A stretch of DNA of 64,000 bases from an uncultured Chloroflexia bacterium (GTDB taxonomy: Bacteria > Chloroflexota > Limnocylindria > Limnocylindrales > CSP1-4). The stretch is taken from positions 768,001-832,000 of the forward strand of contig CAVXPZ010000003.1 in the NCBI GenBank assembly GCA_963763775.1, in the 5' to 3' direction. A program made the translations under genes and the position numbers. Position 1 is the stretch's first letter, and the number at the start of each line of letters is the position of its first letter. Positions 10,542-20,827 of this stretch are shown piece after piece. The notes below the pieces were generated by a model. That model saw only the letters and a list, made by a program, of their open reading frames with translations, was not told the DNA's origin and made no database searches.

Positions 10542-11039
10542 TCAGGCGCTCGGCGACGGGGTCGGCGCGGGTGTCGTGGTCGGCTTCGGCGTCAACGTGG
10601 GCAGGGCTTCGGGATCGACCTGGGCGTTCGGGACGAGGACGAGCTCCCAGCCGACCTCGAGCCGGTCCGGGCGGTACTTCGTCGACTCCGGGTCCAACGA
10701 CGGATACGTCACGCGGTTCCAGTAGCTGATGCTCAGGGCGGTCGTCTTGAACTGCTTCGCGATCCTGGCGAGCGTGTCCCCCCGCTTGACCTTGTAGGTC
10801 GCGAACGACGGCCCCGGCGTGGGCGTCGGCCGGAAGAACGAGGGCGTCGGGCTCGGCCCGGTCGGGATCGATCCGGACGGGGAGGGGGACGACCCGTCGG
10901 CCGTCGCGGCGCTCTGGCTTTGGCGGAACGCGGGCTCGGGCACGCAGGCCCAGAGCGCCAGCGTCAGCGACACCAGCGCGAGCTTCACCACCCCGGAGGA
11001 CCGCGATCGTCGCATCGTCGTCGGGTCATGGTGACGCAT
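10542..11039 (-). CDS. LysM domain lipoprotein-like protein
   Basis: LWAC lipobox-like; YKVKRGDTLARIAKQFKTT..WN..LEVGWELVL LysM. Confidence 0.8.
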   Translation of the reverse strand: MRHHDPTTMRRSRSSGVVKLALVSLTLALWACVPEPAFRQSQSAATADGSSPSPSGSIPTGPSPTPSFFRPTPTPGPSFATYKVKRGDTLARIAKQFKTTALSISYWNRVTYPSLDPESTKYRPDRLEVGWELVLVPNAQVDPEALPTLTPKPTTTPAPTPSPSA

Positions 11040-11055
11040 CCGCGTCTCGCGAGCC

Positions 11056-13986
11056 TCAGTCGGTCGAGGTCGTCGGGTCGATCGGCGTCGGGGACTGGAG
11101 CGAGACCTCGGCCGCGAGCGCGGAGCCTTCGGCCGCGGTCGCGATGCGATCGCGCCCGCCGCGCTTCGCGACGAAGCAGGCACGGTCCGCGGCCAGGAGC
11201 ACGGACGTCGCGTCGAGCCCGTCGGCCGGATACGTCGCGATCCCGATCGAGGCACTGACTCCGTGGCCGGCCGTCTTCACGGATTGCGACGCCCGCTCGG
11301 CGACGAGCATGGCACCGGTCGCCTCGGTTCCCGGGAGGAGGAACGTGAACTCGTCGCCGCCGTATCGGAAGATCAGGTCGCTGTCGCGGCCGGCGCGGAC
11401 GAGCGCCGTCGAGATGTCGCGCAGCAGTCGGTCCCCGGCCTGGTGGCCGAGGCTGTTGTTGACGTTTCGGAAGTCGTCCAGGTCGAGCATGATCAGGCTG
11501 AACGGCAGGCCGGCGTGGACGGCCCGGCCGAGGCGGTCCTCGAACGTGCCGTGGTTCAGCAGACCGGTCAGGTCGTCGGTCTGCGCGCGGAGTTCGAGGC
11601 CGCGGAACGCCTCCGCGTTCTGGAGCGCGATGGAGACCTGCGCGGCGAACAGCTGGATGAGCTCGAATTCGTCGTCGGCGAAGGTGTTGCCCACACCGAG
11701 TCGCTCGACCGTCAGGACGCCGATCGCGCCATCACGGCCGCGGAGCGGGACGACGACCAGGCTGCCGTCCTGCGACTCCTCCTCGCCGAAGTGGTTGACC
11801 CGCGAGTCGTGCCGCTCGTCGGCGATGTACGTCGGCTCGTTGTGCTCGACGACCCAGGTCGCGATCCCGGTCTCGCCCGGCTCCCACGGCAACAGGTAGC
11901 TCTTGGCATGGACGCCCCGGGCGGTCAGCGGCGTGAGGAGGGCCGTCGTCGGGTCGATGACCTCGATCGCGATGTTGTCGCAGGCGACGAGGCCGCCGAG
12001 CCGCTCGGTGATGGTCTCGAGGACATCGCGGCCGTCGAACGTGGTCAGGATCGACTCGGTGATCTGGAGGAGTTCGCGCTGGCCGCGCACCTGCCGTTCG
12101 AGCGCCGCGCTCTGCTCGCGCAGCCGCTCGGTGGTGTCGGCGTTCGCCATCGCCTGCGCGGCGAAGCTCGCATAGATCACGAGGAGTCGCAGGTCGTCGT
12201 CCGTGAACTGCTCTAGTCCGAGCTTCGAGAGGACGAGCACGCCCATCACCCGATCGTCGAAGGTCATCGGGGCGAGCAGCATCGACTCGTCGAGGTCGTC
12301 CTCGGTCCCCGGGATCGTGTTGGCCCGCGGGTCCTTGGCGGCGTCGCCGAGGTTCTGGGCCACGCCGTGCTCGGCCACCCACCCGGTGATGCCCTCGCCG
12401 AGCTTGACCCGCAGCTGGTCCGGGGTCTCGTCGACGTACTCGCCGACCTGGCCCTTCATCGCGACCGGGATGAGGTCCGTCCCGGTCAGGCGGTAGACGC
12501 GGACGTTGTGGTAGTCGATGAGCTGTCGGAGCTCGGTGGCGATGGCCAGGCCGATCTCGTGGACGTCCGACAGGCGATTGAGTCGCGTCCCGAGCTGCTG
12601 GATGGACTGCAGCTGCGCCGCCCACGACGCCATCTGCTGGTAGTCCTGGGCTGCCCGGATCGCGACGCTCGCCTGGGTCGCGAGGGCCTCCATCGTGTCG
12701 AGGTCCCCCTCCGACCACGCGTGCGGCCGGTCGTGGTACACGTTGAGCAGGCCGAGGAGGTGGTCGCCCTCCAGCAGCGGCGCGGCGCAGATCGTGTCGA
12801 ACCCCTCCTGGATGATCGCGGCCCGCAGCTCCGCGCCGCGCGGGTCATTGCGGTACCCCACGGCGAACAGCGGCTGTCGGGCCGCCACGGCGGCGGCGGG
12901 GAGCGACCCGGGGCGGAGTTCGCGGATGTGAGCGAGATAGGTGCCCGAGAGGCCCCGGCTCACCTCGGCCACGGTGGTGCCGTCGGGACGCCGCAGATAG
13001 ACCGCGCCACGGTCGCCCTCGAACAGGACCATCGCGTGCTGGACCAGCCCGGACAGGATCCGGTCGAGGTCGAGGCGGCTCCCGATGTCCGTCGAGACAC
13101 GCCGGAGCGCGTCCGAGCGGTGGAGCTGGCGAGCCGTCTCCTCGCCGCGCTTCGCGAGCGACGTCACGGTCCCGATGCCGTCGGCCACCACCGAGACCAC
13201 TTCGAGGTCGTACGCGGAGAACCGCGCGCGCCGATCCGCGGCAAGGTGCAGGACGCCCCACGGCTCGTCGAGACCGGGGATGACCGCCGCGATCTCGATG
13301 CGACCGCCGGGCAGGAGTGGCAGCGGGCCGGGCCCCGGTTCGTGGCCGGTCGTCGCCCGACCGCGACCACGACCCACGACGGCGTCCGCGAGGGCGGCGC
13401 CCAGGACGCCGAACGCGCGCGGCCGATCGATGAGGTGGTCGTGCGACACGCCCTCGGCCCACGCCGTGACCCGGGGCACGAGGCGATCGCCGCGCAGCTC
13501 CCAGATGGCCGCGAGATCGTGCCCGCCCGCGTCACGGATCGCCTCGGCGGCACGGGTGAGGTCGGTCTCGAGGTCGCCGCTATCGACGGCGAGGCGGGTG
13601 ATCACGTCGATCAGGGCAAGGTCGGCGATCTGCCGATCGTCGGCCAGCGGGTCCGGCTCGCGCGGGATCGGCGGGGCGGCCTGGGCGCGGCGATCCGTGG
13701 GGCTCGCGAGCGGGATCCGGGCGAGCGGTCCGCCCCGTCGGCCGCCGGGGCCGGCGCGAGGCGGCCATGGGGCCGTCGACTCGGATCCGGCCTCGGCCGC
13801 GGCGAGGAACCGCTGGAGGTCGGTCAGCCGGTAGCGTCGGTCGCCACGCGGATTGATCCGGTAGTAGCGAAGCCGGCCGGCGTCACTCCACGCCCGGACC
13901 GTGTTCGGGTGCACCCCCAGCAGGCGGGCGGCCTTGGTGACGGTCAGCGTCGCGTCCGTAGGTCGGGATGGAAGGGCCGTGCTCAC
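11056..13986 (-). CDS. Diguanylate cyclase: N-terminal MerR/BldC-like HTH + multiple GAF domains + GGDEF
   Basis: TVTKAARLLGVHPNTVRAW..GDRRYR; about four GAF repeats; DDLTGL, RDSD I-site, RYGGDEF. Confidence 0.92.
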   Translation of the reverse strand: MSTALPSRPTDATLTVTKAARLLGVHPNTVRAWSDAGRLRYYRINPRGDRRYRLTDLQRFLAAAEAGSESTAPWPPRAGPGGRRGGPLARIPLASPTDRRAQAAPPIPREPDPLADDRQIADLALIDVITRLAVDSGDLETDLTRAAEAIRDAGGHDLAAIWELRGDRLVPRVTAWAEGVSHDHLIDRPRAFGVLGAALADAVVGRGRGRATTGHEPGPGPLPLLPGGRIEIAAVIPGLDEPWGVLHLAADRRARFSAYDLEVVSVVADGIGTVTSLAKRGEETARQLHRSDALRRVSTDIGSRLDLDRILSGLVQHAMVLFEGDRGAVYLRRPDGTTVAEVSRGLSGTYLAHIRELRPGSLPAAAVAARQPLFAVGYRNDPRGAELRAAIIQEGFDTICAAPLLEGDHLLGLLNVYHDRPHAWSEGDLDTMEALATQASVAIRAAQDYQQMASWAAQLQSIQQLGTRLNRLSDVHEIGLAIATELRQLIDYHNVRVYRLTGTDLIPVAMKGQVGEYVDETPDQLRVKLGEGITGWVAEHGVAQNLGDAAKDPRANTIPGTEDDLDESMLLAPMTFDDRVMGVLVLSKLGLEQFTDDDLRLLVIYASFAAQAMANADTTERLREQSAALERQVRGQRELLQITESILTTFDGRDVLETITERLGGLVACDNIAIEVIDPTTALLTPLTARGVHAKSYLLPWEPGETGIATWVVEHNEPTYIADERHDSRVNHFGEEESQDGSLVVVPLRGRDGAIGVLTVERLGVGNTFADDEFELIQLFAAQVSIALQNAEAFRGLELRAQTDDLTGLLNHGTFEDRLGRAVHAGLPFSLIMLDLDDFRNVNNSLGHQAGDRLLRDISTALVRAGRDSDLIFRYGGDEFTFLLPGTEATGAMLVAERASQSVKTAGHGVSASIGIATYPADGLDATSVLLAADRACFVAKRGGRDRIATAAEGSALAAEVSLQSPTPIDPTTSTD

Positions 13987-14073
13987 GAGACTCTGTAGCA
14001 AGAAATGTGAAGTCGACGCGGCGAGCCTACCAAGCTCACAGTTCTTGCCAATAGTCCGAAGGTCCCGGGACGG

Positions 14074-14313
14074 TCAGCCCGTGCGGCGGCCACCCGACAG
14101 GCGGATGTAGACGAGGGTGACCACCAGCGTCCCCACGCCGATGGCCAGCACGGCCAACAGGGCGAACGCCGGGTCGCCGACGAGTCCGGGTCCCTGCCCG
14201 GAGCTGCGGGGGTCGCCGCCGGTGCCCGGGGTCGGACTGGCGGCCAGGACGGCACCGACGGTGGCGAGGCTGAGCGCGACGGCCACGACGGCCGCCGCGG
14301 CGGCGCCGATCAC
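14074..14313 (-). CDS. Small two-helix membrane/secreted protein
   Basis: Two hydrophobic segments with a Gly/Pro linker and basic tail. Confidence 0.55.
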   Translation of the reverse strand: MIGAAAAAVVAVALSLATVGAVLAASPTPGTGGDPRSSGQGPGLVGDPAFALLAVLAIGVGTLVVTLVYIRLSGGRRTG

Positions 14314-14328
14314 GTCGGCGAACGGATC

Positions 14329-15042
14329 TCACAGCACGAGGTCGGCGATGGCCCAGATGATGCCGATCGTCAGCAGGACCATCGCGGCGCCGAGGCTGAT
14401 GGCGGCCGCCAGCGGACGGCGCGACCCGCTGCCCGCCAGGACCCGCATCGCCTCGTCGGGCTCGAGCGTGCTCAGGACCAGCGGACGGCCGAGTCCCGCG
14501 GTCATGCGCGGCTCGCCGTCCGGGCCGACCGTCGGCATCCCCAGCACGAGGGCGTGCTCGACCGAGGAGACCTGGTCGACGCGGAGGCGGACCGGCGTGG
14601 CCGGGGCGGTGCCGGCCGGGACGCGGTCGGGCGCGTCCGCGGCCGTGCCCACGGACTCGCGCGGGATGACGACGAGGCCGTCGTCGAGGGCGTCGGCATC
14701 GATGTCGATCCCATCGAGCCCCTCGCGGACCTGGAACGCGACGGTCTCGCGCCGCTCGTCGATGACGCGCCAGTCCTTGCCGTCGCGCAGTTCCAGACGT
14801 GTCCGCCGCAGGACGAGCGGGCGATGCGCGTCGTCCTCGAACTCGTCCTCGGCGTCGATCCGGCCGCTGATCCGCACGTAGCGTGACGGCCCGGCCGCGG
14901 CGGCGATGGCATCGGCGACGGACACCGCGGGCGTCGTCGTCAGGAGCCGGCCCACGCGATATCGCGGGCCGAACGAGCGGAGGATCGACGCGCCGATGGC
15001 GAGCGCGATGAGGCCGGCGACGATGGGGATGAGGGAGGTCAC
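14329..15042 (-). CDS. Membrane-anchored hypothetical protein (possibly GIDE-like)
   Basis: N- and C-terminal TM helices around a beta-rich domain; TATCAT -10 seven nt upstream of GTG. Confidence 0.6.
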   Translation of the reverse strand: MTSLIPIVAGLIALAIGASILRSFGPRYRVGRLLTTTPAVSVADAIAAAAGPSRYVRISGRIDAEDEFEDDAHRPLVLRRTRLELRDGKDWRVIDERRETVAFQVREGLDGIDIDADALDDGLVVIPRESVGTAADAPDRVPAGTAPATPVRLRVDQVSSVEHALVLGMPTVGPDGEPRMTAGLGRPLVLSTLEPDEAMRVLAGSGSRRPLAAAISLGAAMVLLTIGIIWAIADLVL

Positions 15043-15364
15043 GGCGGCGATGATAGCGCCGGGCATGGAAAGGCCCGAAGGAACCTACCCGACACGTGGG
15101 CGTTGATGCGATCGCCGCCGTTAGTGTCGCTCGACCCCTCCGGGCTGACATCCACGATACGGTGCCCGCCCGCACCGACGCAATGGAGATGTCCACCACT
15201 TCGCGTCGACACCACTGGGTTATCCACCGGCCGTCCACAGTCGGAGCCGCGTGGTGGGCGGTCGGCCGGCTCGCGCTCCGATCGCCTCGCGCACTCGCGC
15301 ACGCCTGCGTGGGCGTGCGACTCGCGAGTTCGGCGCTGCCGCGTGCCGGCCACCCGCCCGCGGA

Positions 15365-15935
15365 TCAGGCGGCAGAGCGACCGGTCGCGGGGTCCAGGGC
15401 GTTGAGCTGGCCGTCGTAGCTGGTGAGGACGAGGCGGCCGCCGATGAGTTCGGCGGCGGTGACGACGTCGGAGTGGGCGAGACGCCAGGCGACGGTGCCG
15501 TCGGACTCGATGGCGAACGTCTCGAGTTCGCCCTGGACGATGACGTGCGGCCATCGCGACGAGCCGATGAGGGCCACGATCGGCGTCGCCGAGCGGTGCT
15601 CCCAGGCCGGCTCACCGGTCGCCGTCGCGAGGCCGAACGTGTGGAACCCGTAGCTCACGACCAGCAGTCCGGCCGTGTCCCAGTGGACGGCCCGGGGCTC
15701 GTCGGAGATCGTCGAGGCGAAGCGGGCGGTCCACGCTCCGCGCGGCCCTTCGAGCCGGAGTTCGGCCCGGCAGAGCGGCTCGGGTCGGCGGCGACACGCG
15801 GTCCGAGATCGACGACCGTGCCGCCCACCTCGGAGAGGGCGAAGACCGCTCGCCGCTGCCGCTGCCGCCCCATCGCCATCGGGCGCGCAGCCCGCCGGGG
15901 TAGGTGATCGTCGCGTTCCGCGGTTCGGCGGTCAC
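15365..15935 (-). CDS. Hypothetical protein with PQQ-like beta repeats (frameshifted)
   Basis: ATGEPAWEH, DGTVAWRL, SYDGQLNALDPATG repeats; GTG overlaps the ybaK stop. Confidence 0.55.
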
Positions 15936-16565
15936 GCGCTGGGGGCGGTCTCGGCGGATCGGTCGGAGGTCGCCGCGTCGGGCTCGCCATCGGCGGCCGC
16001 GTCGCCGCCCGCCGAGTCGCCTCCGCCGCCCGACGCCTCGGGCTCGCGCGCGGGCTCGGGGGCCGGCCGCTCCTCGGTGATCGGCGCGACGGTCGCGTTG
16101 GCGAGGATCCGGAGCGTCCCCGGTGGGACCGGGAAGACGGCCGTCGGGAGACCCGCCGCCGCCCACACGACCTGGTAGCGGCCGAGGTCCGGGTCCATGA
16201 CGACGCGGACCGGGCGGATGTGGCCGATCGGCGGGATCCCGCCGATGACGAAGCCGGTGAGGTCGTTCGCCTCGCGGGCGGTCGCCCGCCGGATGTCCTG
16301 CTCCCCGGTGACCGCGGCGAGCCGCGCCAGGTCGACGCGGTTCGGACCGGAGACGAGGGCGAGGATCGGCTCGAGGCCGTCGTCGCCCGGGGCGGCGAAC
16401 ACGAGGGACTTCACGATCTGGCCGAGCTCCGCGCCGACCGCGGCCGCGGCTTCCTGCGCGGTGTGGGTCGACTCGTCGAACACGCGTGACCTCGAGGGTC
16501 ACGCCCTTGCGCGCCGCGGCCTCGATGACGCGGCGGACGGCGGGATGGTCGAGCGGGTCGGGCAC
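15932..16565 (-). CDS. YbaK/EbsC aminoacyl-tRNA deacylase family (frameshift ~16485)
   Basis: THTAQEAAAAVGAELGQIVKSLVF, TGFVIGGIPPIGH, VWAAAG. Confidence 0.88.
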
Positions 16566-16604
16566 GGCGCGGAGTCTAGCATCGGACCGGGTAGCATCGA
16601 CCCG

Positions 16605-17293
16605 ATGCACGCCCTGGTCCTCGCCGACGGTGACGCCCCGGTCCGGGCGACCCTCGACGCTGCCTGGCCCGGCTGGGCGGACGGCGTGGGGTTCGTCGTG
16701 GCGGCGGACGGCGGGGCGCGACACGCGGCTGCGCTCGAGGTCGCGATCGACCTGTGGGTCGGCGACGGCGATTCGCTCGGCCCGGACGGTCTCGCCGCGG
16801 CTCGAGGCGGATGGCGTCCCGATCGAGCTCGCCCGGACCGACAAGGACGAGTCGGACACGGAACTCGCGGTCCGGGCCGCGATGCGACATGCCCCCGACG
16901 CGATCGTCGTCGTCGGCGCCGTCGGCGGAGCCCGGCTCGATCATGCGCTGGCGAACATCGGTCTGCCGGCGCTCGCGATCGTCGCCGGGGTGCCGGTCAT
17001 CCTCCTGACCGAGTCGGCCAGGGTCGGATGGCTGACCGGCCCGGGCGTGGACGGCACCGCGGCGACCTGGCCGTTCGTCGGCGGACCTGGCGGGCTCGTC
17101 TCGCTGCTGCCGATGGCGGTCGGGCGTGGACGGCGTGACCACCGACGGCCTCCAGTACCCGCTTCGCGACGAGCCGCTGCCGGCCGGCTCCACCCGCGGC
17201 CTCTCGAACGTCATCGAGCGCGCGGGCGCCGAGGTCACGCTCCGGTCGGGCTCCCTGCTCGTCATCGAATCGCCTGCTACGCTCCGGGCATGA
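16605..17293 (+). CDS. thiN: Thiamine diphosphokinase (frameshifted)
   Basis: AADGGA, VGDGDS, DKDESDTELA, GGARLDH, GLQYPL..TRGLSN spread over three frames. Confidence 0.85.
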
Positions 17294-17776
17294 GCATCCC
17301 GCAACCCGGCGATATCGCGCCGGACATCGCCCTGCCGGACGAGACCGGCACCATCCATCGACTGGCCGACCAGCGCGGCCGCTGGACGATCGTCTACTTC
17401 TACCCGAAGGACGACACCCCCGGCTGCACGGTCGAGGCCTGCGAGTTCCGCGACGCGAACACGACGATCCACGAGCGCGGCGCCGACGTCTGGGGGATCT
17501 CGCCCGCAGGGCTCGGGCAGCAAGCGGGCGTTCCGCGAGAAGTTCGAGTTGCCGTTCACGCTGCTCGCCGACGAGCGCCATGAAGTGGCCGAGGCCTACG
17601 GCTCGTGGGTCGAGAAGATGAACTACGGGAAGACGTACATGGGGACCGCCCGGACGACCTTCCTCGTGGACCCGGACGGCCGGATCGCCCGAACGTGGCC
17701 CAAGGTGAAGCCCGAGGGTCATGCCGCGGATGTGCTCGCGACGCTCGACGAACTCCAGGCGGTGCGGGCCGGGTGA
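17290..17776 (+). CDS. bcp: Peroxiredoxin BCP/PrxQ (frameshift ~17510)
   Basis: YFYPKDDTPGCTVEACEFRD; LPFTLLAD..YGKTYMGTARTTFLVD..KVKPEGHA. Confidence 0.9.
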
Positions 17777-17864
17777 CGGAGCGGAGGCGATTGAGACTTC
17801 GCTCGTGGGGGGAGACGAGCGAAGCCTCGGCCGGAAGGGTACTGCCGCGTCATGCCCGGTGCAA
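17775..17864 (-). ncRNA. Candidate sRNA: sigma70 promoter followed by a 14-bp hairpin with CUCCCCCC loop
   Basis: Minus strand TTGCAC(17864-17859)-N17-TACCCT(17841-17836); hairpin 17828-17793 starts at the predicted +1. Confidence 0.45.
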
Positions 17865-17929
17865 GACGCGTCGTCGAGTTTCGCAAACGTCCCGCGAGGC
17901 TCGTCGGCCACTGCCTGCGATGGCTGCGC

Positions 17930-18707
17930 ATGACCGAGCCGACGAGCGATCCCGCGGCGCCGCCGGCGAACGAGCCGCACGCGTGGCGCCCTGAGCGGTT
18001 CATGGTGATCGCCGCCCATCCCGACGACGCGGAGTTCGGGCCGGCCGGGACGGCCGCGCGCTGGATCGACCAGGGCGCCGACGGCTGGCTGGTGTGCTGC
18101 ACGAGTGGCGACCAGGGCGGGGAGGACCCCGACGCCGACCCGATCGAGCTCGGTGCGCTGCGCGAGCGCGAGCAGCGGGCGGCGGCCGAGGTGATCGGCT
18201 ACGACGGGGTCTCGTTCCTCCACCATCCGGACGGCGGACTCGCCAACGACCTCGCCCTCCGCGAGCAGCTCGTCCGCGAGATCCGGACCTTCCGGCCGGA
18301 TGCCGTCTTCGCCACCGACCCCGAGGCGCTCTTCTACGACGACGGCGGCGTGAACCACACCGACCATCGGGCGGCCGGGTTCGCGGCGGTCGACGCGGTC
18401 TACCCCGCGGCCCGCAATCCGATGGCGTTCCCGGCGCTGGCCCGCGGCGGGTCTCGGGGCCCACCGCGTCCGCCGCCTGTACCTGTTCTGGTCGAACCGA
18501 CCCACCGTCTGGGTGGACATCTCGACGACCTTCGATCGCAAGGTGGACGCGCTGCGGGCGCACGCCAGCCAGATCAAGGATCCGGGCGGGCTCGGCGAGC
18601 GGATGCGCGAGTGGGCCGCCGAGGAGGGCAAGGCGATCGGCGTCGATGCCGCCGAGGCCCTTCGCTTGATCGTCATCGATGACGACGAGGACGAGGGTCC
18701 GGGCTGA
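17930..18707 (+). CDS. PIG-L family deacetylase (frameshift ~18460)
   Basis: AHPDDAEF, TSGDQG, REREQRAAA, NHTDH, VDIS..RKVDALRAHASQ. Confidence 0.88.
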
Positions 18708-18719
18708 GCCTGAAGCGCC

Positions 18720-20595
18720 TCAGGCGCCGTCGAGCAGCAGCGGCCGCACGCGGCCCCACTCGTTCCACAGGTCGGCGAGGCCGTCCGCCCGGCGTCCGAG
18801 GAGGGCCACCAGCTCGCTCAGGCTGAGGTCGCCGGCGGTCTGGGCGAGATGCTCGTCCGCCGCGACCGACACGTCGCGGTACAGCTCGGCCATCTCGGTC
18901 TCGGTGGGCCACGAGCGCATCCGCATCGGGTCGAGCCCGGCATACCCGAGCGCCAGCGACAGGTCGCGTTGGGATGGGACCCGCTCGTCGGCGAACCCGC
19001 CGAGCCCATCGAAGCGGTGGCCGAGCGAGGCCAGCGCCTGCGAGATCTCGCGATCCTGGACCAGGGTGAACGTGCCCCAGAACGGGTGCTCGGTCGGGAA
19101 CACGAGAGCACCGGCCTCGATGCTGACCGCGACGACCGCGTCGACGAGGTTGCTCAACGTCAGCTGCCAGCGCCGCCGCGCGACGGGATCCTCGCCCGCG
19201 AGGCGATCGACGAGGGCGATGAGCGCCGTCCGGTCGCCGCGGACCAGGCGGAAGATCGTGGGCGTCCCGCCGCCGCTGAGCGCTGCGGCCAGCGGCTGAT
19301 CGTCCTCGTTCGAGGGACCCGGGCGCTCCACCCATGGCGCCGCCGGGATCGGCTCGACGACGCCCGCGGCGGACCGCTCGTCGCACTCGGCGAGTGACTG
19401 GCGTGCGGCGAGGCAGGCCGCCTCCGCCTGCTCGGCCGCGATCCGGACCGCATCCGCCTCGAGCGCCATGCGCTCGAGCGAGGCCCCCAGGTTGGTGGCG
19501 GCCATTCGCTCGCGCTTGGCCGTGGCCGCGGCGGCGCGCGCCGTGCTGTTGACGTCGTTGATCTCGACCAGCCAGTCCCGGGCGGCCGCCTCGGCGTCCT
19601 CGGCCGACTTCGCGCCGTTGTAGGCGGTCCGGAACCGCGCCTGCGCGGCCTCCTTCTCGCGGCGGACGGCGCGCGCATCCGCGATCGCGGCGGCGGCGTC
19701 GGCCTTGGACATGTGGTCGTCGTAGGTGCGCTGGGCGAGTCGCACGGCATCGGCCGCCTCGGTCGCGCCGGCGCGCGCCCGGACCGCGAGGCCGCACCGT
19801 TCCGCGGCGATCCGCCGTTCCCCGGCGCACGGGTCGCTCGTGTCGAGGACCGCGTCGATCCCGGCGCCGTCACCGCTCCCGGCGGCACCAGCGCCGGCCG
19901 CGCCCGCGGAGCCACCCGACCCGCTCGCCGTGCCGTCGGCCGGGCGCCTGCGGCCCGTCCGCGCCGCCCGGCGCCGCGTTCTCGGCGACGGGTCGTTCGA
20001 GGACGGCGATCGCCGTCCCGATCCGGAGCGGTTCGGCTTCCAGTGCGGGCGAGCCCTCGGGATCCGCCCCGTCGACGGACCCGGTGCCGCTCGAACGCAT
20101 CACGGACGTCACGGCGCTCACCCCCAGTGCGGCCAGGACGGGATCGTCGCCGCCGTCCACGGGGATGCCGACGAGCGAGCCGACGGGCCCGGTGGTGCCG
20201 CCCGGATCGGCGAGCGGGTAGGTCGGCCCGATCACGCGCTGCATCGATGGCCCGCCCTGGGCGGTCGATCCCACGGCCATGGAGGCGGTCGCGAACACCG
20301 GAACGCCGGGGCCGGACCGAACGCTCGTTCGACGTTCGACGGTTCGGTCGGCCATGGGGACCTCGGTAAGGCGACGGTCCGCGGGACCGCCGCGAGCGGG
20401 TTCGGCACCGGCGGTCATGAACGCGTCGTCCGACAGCGTCGACGGGCGGCGTCGTGGGATGGCATCCGTCTCCACGATCACGCGAACCGGTCGCGGAACG
20501 GGGGGTCGGGCTCGCAACACCTCGACGAGGGCGGCGCCACTGGCGATCCCGAGCACGAGGCCCAGGGCCAGGAAGGTGAATTCGCTGGCGGTCAC
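18720..20595 (-). CDS. Large hypothetical protein: N-terminal TM, low-complexity linker, coiled coil, globular C-terminus (frameshifted)
   Basis: ORFs 19870..20595 and 18720..19745 are collinear and protein-like. Confidence 0.55.
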
Positions 20596-20727
20596 GCTGC
20601 CCGCATCTCTCGGCTCGACTCCCTCCGAGTCACGGCGGTTGCCCGAGGCAGCGTAGCTGCGAGATCGGGCACCGTCAACTCGCGCGGAACGTCCCGGACC
20701 TCACTCTCGGGCCGCGGTCGGGGCTCT

Positions 20728-20757
20728 TTGCAGGGGCGGAGACGCGGATGGTAGATT
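20728..20757 (+). promoter_or_regulatory. sigma70-type promoter of the bc-complex operon
   Basis: TTGCAG-N18-TAGATT with extended TG. Confidence 0.5.
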
Positions 20758-20827
20758 CGCCTCGACGGCCGCCTGCCGCTCTTCAGCCTGCGCTCGACCC
20801 CCTCCGAAGGGAAAGGCACGACCCCGC

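Noticed and set aside
15220-15240. Replication origin from a DnaA-box-like sequence
   Set aside because: One imperfect box, no AT-rich unwinding element and no dnaA/dnaN context.
17837-17846. gggtactgcc match to the left end of the 123-bp element
   Set aside because: Only 10 nt; the other conserved blocks are absent.
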